Source: an uncultured Lachnospiraceae bacterium (lineage in GTDB: Bacteria > Bacillota > Clostridia > Lachnospirales > Lachnospiraceae). Taken from it: DNA of 64,000 bases. A program made the position numbers and the translations under genes. The stretch is from the NCBI GenBank assembly GCA_947626945.1, contig CANQUC010000001.1:33365-97364 (forward strand). The letters are read 5' to 3'. This document shows positions 36,743 to 44,989 of the stretch, piece by piece. A model generated the notes under the pieces. It worked only from the letters and a program-made list of their open reading frames with translations, had not been told where the DNA came from and searched no databases. The first letter of the stretch is position 1; every line of letters begins with the position of its first letter.

Positions 36743-37417
36743 ATGGAAGAAATGGTAAACGTATATTTTTTCGGTAAGAAATACAGTGTGCCTGCATCCC
36801 TCACCATCATGACGGCTATGGAATACGCAGGATATACCTTAAAGCGGGGCTGCGGCTGCCGCCACGGCTTTTGCGGCGCCTGCGCCACCATATACCGGAT
36901 TAAGGGAAAGAATGAGCTGAAGACCTGTCTGGCCTGTCAGACCCAGGTGGAGGAAAGCATGTATGTGGCCAGTATTCCTTTCTTTCCCACGGACAAGCGC
37001 ACATATGAGATCGAGGATATCCGGCCAGACCAGCGGGTTATGATGGAACTGTATCCGGAGATCTACAGCTGTATCGGGTGTAATGCCTGTACGAAAGCCT
37101 GCACCCAGGATCTGAATGTGATGCAGTATATTGCCTACGCCCAGCGGGGTGAATTTGAAAAATGCGCGGAGGAATCTTTTGACTGTGTGGGCTGCGGGTG
37201 CTGTTCCGTTCGCTGTCCCGCGGGCATTTCCCATCCCATGGTAGGCCTGCTGGCAAGAAGGCTTACCGGCAAATACATAGCGCCTCAGGCGGAGCACCTG
37301 AACAGGCGGGTGGAAGAGATCCATTCAGGTCAGTATGACCGGCTGATTGAGCAGATTATGGAAAAGCCCATTGAGGAAATGCAGGAACTGTACAATCACA
37401 GAGAGATTGAAAAGTAA
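36743..37417 (+). CDS. SdhB/FrdB-like iron-sulfur subunit (2Fe-2S-like N-domain + 2x Cys clusters)
   Basis: 'CGCRHGFCGACAT', 'CIGCNACTKAC', 'CVGCGCCSVRCP'. Sits immediately upstream of the flavoprotein. Confidence 0.65.
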   Translation: MEEMVNVYFFGKKYSVPASLTIMTAMEYAGYTLKRGCGCRHGFCGACATIYRIKGKNELKTCLACQTQVEESMYVASIPFFPTDKRTYEIEDIRPDQRVMMELYPEIYSCIGCNACTKACTQDLNVMQYIAYAQRGEFEKCAEESFDCVGCGCCSVRCPAGISHPMVGLLARRLTGKYIAPQAEHLNRRVEEIHSGQYDRLIEQIMEKPIEEMQELYNHREIEK

Positions 37418-37429
37418 GGAGGGAACATC

Positions 37430-39031
37430 ATGTTTACAACGGAAATGCTGGAATCCGTCAAAAAGGTGGAAGCCACCAGGGCAGCGCGTATGGGCACCGA
37501 GCCTGAGCGTATGTCGGCAGAGGAAAAGGATGCTCTCCTGAAACAATATCATCCGGATTACCGGGAGGAAGGCTTTGACCGGATTCAGGTGGGTCCCAAC
37601 GCGGGACAAAAGGCCCCCAGGGAGCTGACGGCGCTTCTTCATTCCAACAGCCGCCTGCTTCACCGGAATCTGGATCTGACCAAAATAGATTATGACGTGG
37701 ATGTGCTGGTGATCGGCGGCGGCGGCGCGGGAGCTTCCGCGGCCATCGAGGCGAAAGCGGCCGGCGCGGATGTGATGATCGTCACCAAACTCCGCATTGG
37801 AGACGCCAACACCATGATGGCGGAAGGTGGCATCCAGGCGGCAGACAAGGAAAATGATTCTCCGGTGCAGCATTATCTGGACGCGTTTGGAGGCGGACAT
37901 TTTGCCGCCAGGCCGGAGCTTTTAAGAAGACTGGTCATGGAGGCGCCCGACGCCATTCAGTGGCTGAACGGGCTGGGCGTCATGTTTGACAAAGATGAAA
38001 GCGGCCGTATGGTCACCACCCACGGCGGCGGCACATCCAGAAAGCGGATGCACGCCTGCAAGGATTATACCGGGGCGGAGATCATGCGGACTTTGCGGGA
38101 CGAGGTGCTGAACCGGAAGATTCCCGTGGCGGAATTTACCTCCGCCGTTGAACTGCTGAAAGATGAGAAAGGGCAGGTAGCCGGTGCGGTTCTTCTGAAC
38201 ATGGAGACAGACGACTATCTGGTGGCAAGGGCAAAGACGGTGATCATTGCCACAGGCGGCGCGGGACGGCTTCATTATCAGAATTTCCCCACCTCCAATC
38301 ATTACGGCGCGACCGCGGACGGCCTTGTGCTGGGATATCGGGCGGGCGTGCCCCTGCTGTATCAGGACACCATCCAGTACCATCCTACGGGAGTGGCCTA
38401 TCCCTCCCAGATCTTTGGCGCGCTGGTAACGGAGAAAGTCCGTTCGCTGGGCGCCATGCTGGTGAACAGGGAAGGGGAAGCGTTTATGCACCCTCTTGAG
38501 ACAAGAGATGTTGCCGCGGCCGCCATTATCCGGGAATGTACCCAAAGAGGCATGGGCGTCACAACGCCTCTTGGCAGCGGGGTATGGCTGGACACGCCCA
38601 TGATCGAACTGATGGGCGGAGAGGGCACCATTGAAAAACGCATTCCGGCAATGCTGCGGATGTATCTGAATTATGACATTGATATGCGCAGACAGCCGAT
38701 CCTGGTATATCCCACCCTGCATTATCAGAACGGCGGGCTGGAGATCGGCGGAGACGGGTTTACGAAGACTGTTCCGAACCTGCTTGTGGCCGGGGAGGCA
38801 GTAGGCGGCATTCACGGAAGAAACCGGCTGATGGGCAACTCGCTTCTGGATATTATCGTGTTTGGGCGCAACGCGGGCAAGATGGCGGCGGCCCGGGCAA
38901 AGGAAACCGTACTGGGCAGGCCCGGCCTGGATCATATTACAGAGTATGCCAGACAGCTGCAGGCGGCCGGAGTGGAGACAGAGGGGGTATCTCCTCTGCT
39001 GCTGCCGGATTACGCAAGACATGAGAGATAA
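37430..39031 (+). CDS. Fumarate reductase/succinate dehydrogenase/L-aspartate oxidase-family FAD flavoprotein (soluble type)
   Basis: 'VDVLVIGGGGAGASAAIEA', 'TMMAEGGIQA', 'IIATGG', 'QYHPTG', 'GEAVGGIHGRNRLMGNSLLD'. ~85-aa N-terminal extension. No TM or signal sequence. Confidence 0.75.
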   Translation: MFTTEMLESVKKVEATRAARMGTEPERMSAEEKDALLKQYHPDYREEGFDRIQVGPNAGQKAPRELTALLHSNSRLLHRNLDLTKIDYDVDVLVIGGGGAGASAAIEAKAAGADVMIVTKLRIGDANTMMAEGGIQAADKENDSPVQHYLDAFGGGHFAARPELLRRLVMEAPDAIQWLNGLGVMFDKDESGRMVTTHGGGTSRKRMHACKDYTGAEIMRTLRDEVLNRKIPVAEFTSAVELLKDEKGQVAGAVLLNMETDDYLVARAKTVIIATGGAGRLHYQNFPTSNHYGATADGLVLGYRAGVPLLYQDTIQYHPTGVAYPSQIFGALVTEKVRSLGAMLVNREGEAFMHPLETRDVAAAAIIRECTQRGMGVTTPLGSGVWLDTPMIELMGGEGTIEKRIPAMLRMYLNYDIDMRRQPILVYPTLHYQNGGLEIGGDGFTKTVPNLLVAGEAVGGIHGRNRLMGNSLLDIIVFGRNAGKMAAARAKETVLGRPGLDHITEYARQLQAAGVETEGVSPLLLPDYARHER

Positions 39032-39054
39032 CCCATAATGGCAAGGAGAACAAA

Positions 39055-40215
39055 ATGAATATATTGAAATGGTTTCAGGAAAATATCATGTCAAATACCA
39101 TGATGCTGGTGTTTTTGATTGCCGTGATCGGCTATCTGGTAGGCAGCATCCGGATTCGGGGCATCGAACTTGGCACGGCGGGAATTCTGCTGGTGGCTCT
39201 GGTGTTTGGCCATTTTGGCTTTGAGATCCCCGATCTTGTGCGGGAAATGGGACTGATCTGCTTTGTCACATCCGTAGGCTTCATTGCGGGCCCCAATTTC
39301 TTCCGGAATTTTAAACAGAACGCCACTTCCTATATTTTGCTTGGAGTGATCATCATTGTCTCCGGCGCCCTGGTGTGCGTTGGAATCATCAAGCTTTTTG
39401 GGATCCCCACCGACATCAGCGTGGGCATGATGGCGGGAGCTTTGACAAGCACTCCCGGACTGGCGGCGGCTTTAGAGTCTACCGGTTCCAATGCGGCGTC
39501 TGTGGGCTATGGGATCGCCTATCCCTTTGGGGTAGTGGGGGTGGTTCTGTTTGTGCAGCTGATCCCCAAGATCCTGAAGACGGACATGGCCGCGGAGCGG
39601 GCGCAGTTTCAGGCAGCGGCATCGCAGACAGAGGACTACCGCAAGAAACAGAAGCAAAAGCTGTTTTACGCGGACAGCATGGGATTTTTCCCTTTTTCCC
39701 TGGCAATTGTGCTGGGAATTATCCTGGCAAAAATTGAGATCCGTCTTCCGGGAGGGGGCGTGTTCTCTCTTGGAACTTCCGGCGGCCCGCTGATCGCGGG
39801 TCTGATCCTGGGCCATTTCGGCCATATCGGAAAAATGAGCGTCAAAGTGGAAAAAAGCGTGCTTCAGTGCCTGCGGGAATTTGGACTGGCCCTGTTTCTT
39901 CTTGGGGCAGGCGCCCAGGCGGGGGCAGGCTTTGTGGACATTTTAAAGGAGCATGGCGTGCTGCTGTTTGTTTACGGAGCGCTGATGACCCTGGTTCCCA
40001 TGCTTCTGGGATATCTGTTTGCCGCAAAGGTGCTGAAGCTCAGCGTATTTAACAGTCTGGGCTCTATCTGCGGCGGAATGACCAGCACGCCGGCTTTAGG
40101 CACCCTGATCCGGGTAACGGAAACCGACGATGTGGCCTCCGCCTACGCGGCCACCTATCCGGTGGCTCTGGTGCTGGTAGTGCTGGCCTGTCAGTTTATC
40201 GGCGTGTTCCTGTAG
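39055..40215 (+). CDS. AAE-family (aspartate:alanine exchanger / YidE-YbjL / SucE-like) transporter lacking the central TrkA-C domains
   Basis: Two internal repeats: 'GYLVGSIRIRGIELGTAGILLVALVFGH...GLICFVTSVGFIAGP' and 'GGVFSLGTSGGPLIAGLILGH...GLALFLLGAGAQAG'. About 10 TM helices. Confidence 0.7.
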   Translation: MNILKWFQENIMSNTMMLVFLIAVIGYLVGSIRIRGIELGTAGILLVALVFGHFGFEIPDLVREMGLICFVTSVGFIAGPNFFRNFKQNATSYILLGVIIIVSGALVCVGIIKLFGIPTDISVGMMAGALTSTPGLAAALESTGSNAASVGYGIAYPFGVVGVVLFVQLIPKILKTDMAAERAQFQAAASQTEDYRKKQKQKLFYADSMGFFPFSLAIVLGIILAKIEIRLPGGGVFSLGTSGGPLIAGLILGHFGHIGKMSVKVEKSVLQCLREFGLALFLLGAGAQAGAGFVDILKEHGVLLFVYGALMTLVPMLLGYLFAAKVLKLSVFNSLGSICGGMTSTPALGTLIRVTETDDVASAYAATYPVALVLVVLACQFIGVFL

Positions 40216-40262
40216 CCAAAGGGCCGGCAGGATCAAGTGTGGAACAGGAAAGGAGAATCATC

Positions 40263-41105
40263 ATGCGCGAGATCAGCGGAGGACAGATTACAGATGCGGT
40301 AGAGCGCCTTTGTATCCAGGCAAATCAGTTTCTGCCGGAAGACGTGCGAAAGGCCGTCAGAAACTGCCGTGACTGTGAGGACTGGGAAACCGCCAGGGGA
40401 GTACTGGACAAGATCATTGATAATTTTGAGATCGCGGAGAAAGAGCAGGTTCCCATCTGCCAGGACACAGGCATGGCATGTGTGTTTCTGGAGATCGGAC
40501 AGGATGTGCATATTACCGGGGGAGACCTGACGGAGGCGGTAAACGAGGGCGTCCGCCGGGGCTATGAAAAAGGCTATCTCCGCAAATCCGTAGTAAAGGA
40601 TCCGGTGCGCCGGGGAAATACCGGCGACAACACTCCGGCCATGATCTACACGGAGATTGTTCCCGGGGAGCAGATCCGGATCACGGTGGCCCCAAAGGGG
40701 TTTGGCAGCGAAAATATGAGCGCCATTCGGATGTTTAAGCCCTCCGCGGGACTGGAGGGGATCAAGGATTTCATTTTGGAGACGGTGGAAAACGCGGGCC
40801 CCAATCCGTGCCCTCCTATGGTAGTGGGCGTTGGGATCGGCGGAACCTTTGACAAGGCGGCGCTTCTGGCCAAAAAAGCCCTGATCCGTCCCATTGACTC
40901 GGAAAACCCGGATCCCTTTTACGCAGACCTGGAAAAAGAAATGCTGGAAAAGATCAACCGCCTTGGTATTGGCCCCCAGGGCTTTGGAGGAAAGACCACG
41001 GCCATCGGCCTCAACATTGAGACCATGCCTACCCACATTGCGGGAATGCCATGTGCCATCAACATCAGCTGTCATGTGACCAGACATCAGACGGAGGTGA
41101 TCTAG
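40263..41105 (+). CDS. Class I (Fe-S) fumarate hydratase alpha subunit / L(+)-tartrate dehydratase alpha-type
   Basis: 'PICQDTGMACVFLEIGQDV', 'GDNTPAMI', 'PKGFGSENMS', 'CPPMVVGVGIGGT', 'INISCHVTRH'. ATG 40263 lies 6 nt after GGAAAGGAGA. Confidence 0.85.
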   Translation: MREISGGQITDAVERLCIQANQFLPEDVRKAVRNCRDCEDWETARGVLDKIIDNFEIAEKEQVPICQDTGMACVFLEIGQDVHITGGDLTEAVNEGVRRGYEKGYLRKSVVKDPVRRGNTGDNTPAMIYTEIVPGEQIRITVAPKGFGSENMSAIRMFKPSAGLEGIKDFILETVENAGPNPCPPMVVGVGIGGTFDKAALLAKKALIRPIDSENPDPFYADLEKEMLEKINRLGIGPQGFGGKTTAIGLNIETMPTHIAGMPCAINISCHVTRHQTEVI

Positions 41106-41669
41106 TTGGAAAAACATATTACGCTGCCTCTTACGGAGGAACTGGCCAGATCCCTTCACTGCGGGGAGACGGTGTATCTGACCGGTACCGTTTATACATC
41201 CAGAGACGCCGGACACAAGAGAATGTGCGAGACGCTTGCCAGGGGAGAAGCCCTTCCCTTTGACCCGTCCGACGCTACGATATATTATGTGGGCCCTACT
41301 CCCGCGAAGCCGGGGCAGGTCATTGGATCTGCAGGCCCTACAACCAGCGGCCGGATGGACGCCTACGCGCCTGCAATGATGAAGGCAGGCGCCCGGGGAA
41401 TGATCGGAAAAGGCGCGCGTCTGCCGGAAGTGGTGGACGCCATGAAAAAATACGCCGGCGTTTATTTTGGAGCCATTGGCGGCGCAGGGGCCCTTTTGGC
41501 AAAATGTATCAAAAAAAGCGAACTGATCGCGTACGAAGATCTGGGGGCGGAGGCGCTCAGAAAGCTGTATGTGGAAGAGTTTCCCGTGGTGGTGATCATT
41601 GACAGCCGGGGGAACAACCTGTACGAAAACGGCAGGGCGGCATATCTGGCCGCGAAGAAAACAGACTGA
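41106..41669 (+). CDS. Class I fumarate hydratase beta subunit
   Basis: TTG start abutting the alpha-subunit stop. 'LTGTVYTSRDAGHKRM', 'IYYVGPTPAKPG', 'GPTTSGRMD', 'MIGKG'. Confidence 0.85.
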   Translation: MEKHITLPLTEELARSLHCGETVYLTGTVYTSRDAGHKRMCETLARGEALPFDPSDATIYYVGPTPAKPGQVIGSAGPTTSGRMDAYAPAMMKAGARGMIGKGARLPEVVDAMKKYAGVYFGAIGGAGALLAKCIKKSELIAYEDLGAEALRKLYVEEFPVVVIIDSRGNNLYENGRAAYLAAKKTD

Positions 41670-41704
41670 CGAACAAAAACGGGGACGATTGGGAGGATAA
41701 CGGG

Positions 41705-43162
41705 ATGAAATCAAATGAGACTGCCGTCAACGGCATCAGACATCAGGTATTGCGGGAGGTTGCCAGGCTTGCCTGGGCAGGCGAGCTGGAGGAAAAACGG
41801 GACCAGATCCCCTACTGGATCATTCCGGGGCCTCAGGCCAAGTTCCGGTGCTGTATTTACAAAGAAAGGGAGATCATCCGCCAGCGGGTTCGTCTGGCCG
41901 AGGGAAAATGTCCCACGGACAAGCAGTCCTCCAATGTGATCCAGGTGATCAACGCAGCCTGCGAGGAATGTCCCATCGCATCCTATCTGGTAACGGACAA
42001 CTGCCGGAAATGTATTGGAAAGGCCTGTCAGAGCGCCTGTCAGTTTGATGCCATCTCCATGGGTGACCATCGGGCCTATATCGATCCCGTAAAATGCAGA
42101 GAGTGCGGCAAATGCGCCCAGGCATGTCCCTACAGCGCCATTGCCCATTTGGAACGGCCATGCAAGAAAGCGTGTCCCGTAGATGCCATTGCCTATGATG
42201 AGTATGGAATCTGCGTGATCGATGAAAAAAAGTGCATTGCATGCGGAAATTGTTTCCACAACTGTCCCTTTGGCGCCATTGCGCCCAAAATCTCTCTTGT
42301 GGATGTGATCAAGGAGATCCGGGCTGGAAAACGGGTGGTGGCTATGGTGGCCCCCTCTACGGAGGGCCAGTTTGGCCCCGGCATTACCATGGCCAGCTGG
42401 AAGACCGCCTTGAAAAAGGTGGGGTTTGCGGATATGGTGGAAGTAGGACTGGGAGGAGATATGACCGCGGCGGCAGAAGCCGAGGAGTGGGCGCAGGCCT
42501 ATCAGGAAGGCCGGAAAATGACCACCTCCTGTTGTCCGGCGTTTGTCAATATGATCCGGATGCACTTCCCCAAGCTGATGAAATACATGTCTGACACCGT
42601 ATCGCCTATGTGCGCCGTGTCCCGGTTCTTAAAACAGCAGGATCCGGAAACCGTCACGGTGTTTATCGGTCCCTGTGTGGCCAAGAAGAGCGAGGCGCAG
42701 GATCACGGGATCCAGGGCAACGCGGATTATGTGATGACCTACGGCGAAGTCCGGTCTATGATGTATGCGAAAAACGTGGAGCTGGAGCCGGAGGATCCGG
42801 TTTATCAGGAAAGCTCCGTTTACGGAAAGCGCTTTGGCAACAGCGGCGGGGTAGCTTCCGCGGTGCTGCGGTGTTTTGAGGAAATGGGTGAGGAGAAAGC
42901 TCCCAATGTGCTTCGGTGCAACGGAGCCGCGGAGTGCAAAAAAGCGCTGTTTTTGCTGCGCGCGGGACGCCTCAAGGAGGACTTTATTGAGGGAATGGCC
43001 TGTGTGGGCGGCTGCGTAGGCGGCCCCAGCAAAAATATGAGTGAGGCGGAGGCGAAAAAAACCAGAGACGAGATGATCGGCCAGGCAGACAGCCGGGGCG
43101 TTCATGAGAATCTGAAGCTTGTGGGGGCAGATCAGGTGCCGATGCACCGGACCACATCCTGA
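41705..43162 (+). CDS. [FeFe]-hydrogenase catalytic subunit with N-terminal multi-[4Fe-4S] domain
   Basis: H-cluster motifs L1 'TSCCPAF', L2 'GPCVAKKSE', L3 'EGMACVGGCVGGP'. Ferredoxin motifs 'CRECGKCAQACP' and 'CIACGNCFHNCP', plus further Cys clusters. Confidence 0.85.
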   Translation: MKSNETAVNGIRHQVLREVARLAWAGELEEKRDQIPYWIIPGPQAKFRCCIYKEREIIRQRVRLAEGKCPTDKQSSNVIQVINAACEECPIASYLVTDNCRKCIGKACQSACQFDAISMGDHRAYIDPVKCRECGKCAQACPYSAIAHLERPCKKACPVDAIAYDEYGICVIDEKKCIACGNCFHNCPFGAIAPKISLVDVIKEIRAGKRVVAMVAPSTEGQFGPGITMASWKTALKKVGFADMVEVGLGGDMTAAAEAEEWAQAYQEGRKMTTSCCPAFVNMIRMHFPKLMKYMSDTVSPMCAVSRFLKQQDPETVTVFIGPCVAKKSEAQDHGIQGNADYVMTYGEVRSMMYAKNVELEPEDPVYQESSVYGKRFGNSGGVASAVLRCFEEMGEEKAPNVLRCNGAAECKKALFLLRAGRLKEDFIEGMACVGGCVGGPSKNMSEAEAKKTRDEMIGQADSRGVHENLKLVGADQVPMHRTTS

Positions 43163-43232
43163 CAGGTGAGACGGAAAGACAGAACCGACAAAGGCCTGTG
43201 GTCTTTGTTCAATGAAATATTTTAGCGGATTT

Positions 43233-44978
43233 TTAGAACTGCTGACTCTGACAGAGCTTTGCGTAAGATTTGTTCAGGGCCAGCAGTTCTTCATGTGTGC
43301 CTTCCTCCGCAATGTGATTGTCGTCAATGACAATGATGCGGTGGGCGTTTTTGATGGTGGAAAGCCGGTGGGCAATGATCAGGGTGGTCCGCCCCTCCGC
43401 AAGCCGGTCAAAGGACGACTGGATCCGGGCTTCCGTAACGGAATCCAGCGCGGAAGTGGCTTCGTCCAGAATGAGAATGGGCGGATTCTTCAAAAAGACC
43501 CGGGCAATGGAGATCCGCTGCTTCTGGCCTCCGGACAGCATGACGCCCCGTTCTCCTACATAAGTCTGAAAGCCGTCGGGCATGGCAATGATATCCTGAT
43601 AGATTTCCGCTTTTTTTGCGGCTTCAATGACTTCCGCCTCTGTGGCGTCGGGACGGCCGTAACGGATATTTTCCAGAACAGTATCCGCAAACAGAAAGAT
43701 ATCCTGCTGTACGATGCCGATATTCTGCCGCAGGGACCGCTGAGTCACCGTCCGGATATCGGCGCCGTCCAAAAGGATGCGGCCGCCGGTCACATCGTAG
43801 AAACGGGGGATCAGCTGGCACAGGGTAGACTTTCCGCCGCCGGAAGGCCCCACTACCGCAACCGTCTCTCCGGGGGAAATATGGATGGACACATGATCCA
43901 GCACCTGATCGGCGCCGTCGTAGGAAAAGGACACGTCATCCAGGAAAATGTCGCCCTTTGCGGCGCCCATAACAGCGGCGCCGGGAATGTCCCGGACAGA
44001 GGGCTCTGTCCGCATCAGCTCCACAAACCGATGAAAACCTGCCATGCCGTTTAAAAACTGCTCTACAAAGGCGGCCAGCTTCCGCACAGGCGTGAGAAAA
44101 GTAGAGATATACAGGGAAAAGGTAATCAGATCCACAAAGTCCATCTGCCCTTTCATGATGAATATGCCGCCAACCGCGATCACCAGTACGTTCATCACCG
44201 GCAGGGCAAACTCAAGCCCGGCGTTGTAAACGGCCATGGCCTTGTAATAGTCCCGCTTTGCCTCTTTGAACAGCTCATTGGAGCGGAGAAATTTCAGATC
44301 CTCCTGTTTCTCGTTGTTAAACGCCTTGGCAGTGCGCATGCCGGAGATGGCAGACTCCAGCTCGTTATTGATGCCCGCCATATTCTGCTTTACCTGCAGA
44401 GAAGCCTTTACCATGCGCCTCCGCAGAATCACTGTAAAGAGTACAAAAACAGGCACAATGGAAAAGACGGTCAGAGCCAGCTTCCATTGAATGGAAAACA
44501 TCAGCCCAAAAGCGCCGCACAAAGTCACCAGAGAGATAAACAGATCCTCCGGGCCATGATGGGCCAGCTCCGTGATCTCAAACAGATCGTTGGTCACCCG
44601 GCTCATCAGCTGACCGGTGCGGTTCTGATCAAAAAAGGAAAAAGAAAGATCCTGCATATGGTGAAACAGATCCTGCCGGATGTCCGCCTCGATCCGCACG
44701 CCCATCATATGGCCCAGGTAGGTGACGATATACTGCATGACAGCCCGAAGTCCGTATGCGGCAAGCAGGATGGCCATCACGCAGAAGAATGCGCCAAACA
44801 GGCTGGCAGGCAGCAGCTGCTGCAATGCCAGCCTGGATGTATACGGAAAGATCAGATCCACAACGGCAATGCCCAGGGCGCAGATCATATCCAGAAGAAA
44901 CAGTCCAAGATGAGGTTTGTAGTAGGACAGAAAAAGGGAAATCTGCCTTTTTTGAAACCGCTGTTCATCCATATCCAT
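43233..44978 (-). CDS. ABC exporter, fused permease/ATPase (MsbA/ABCB type)
   Basis: Six N-terminal TM helices. 'GPSGGGKST' Walker A, 'LSGGQKQRISIAR' signature, 'ILILDEATSALD' Walker B. Confidence 0.9.
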   Translation of the reverse strand: MDMDEQRFQKRQISLFLSYYKPHLGLFLLDMICALGIAVVDLIFPYTSRLALQQLLPASLFGAFFCVMAILLAAYGLRAVMQYIVTYLGHMMGVRIEADIRQDLFHHMQDLSFSFFDQNRTGQLMSRVTNDLFEITELAHHGPEDLFISLVTLCGAFGLMFSIQWKLALTVFSIVPVFVLFTVILRRRMVKASLQVKQNMAGINNELESAISGMRTAKAFNNEKQEDLKFLRSNELFKEAKRDYYKAMAVYNAGLEFALPVMNVLVIAVGGIFIMKGQMDFVDLITFSLYISTFLTPVRKLAAFVEQFLNGMAGFHRFVELMRTEPSVRDIPGAAVMGAAKGDIFLDDVSFSYDGADQVLDHVSIHISPGETVAVVGPSGGGKSTLCQLIPRFYDVTGGRILLDGADIRTVTQRSLRQNIGIVQQDIFLFADTVLENIRYGRPDATEAEVIEAAKKAEIYQDIIAMPDGFQTYVGERGVMLSGGQKQRISIARVFLKNPPILILDEATSALDSVTEARIQSSFDRLAEGRTTLIIAHRLSTIKNAHRIIVIDDNHIAEEGTHEELLALNKSYAKLCQSQQF

Positions 44979-44989
44979 GCTCCTTTACG

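Noticed and set aside
40233-41714. 493-aa minus-strand ORF
   Set aside because: It is antisense to both fumarase subunits, whose Fe-S hydrolyase motifs are unambiguous on the + strand.
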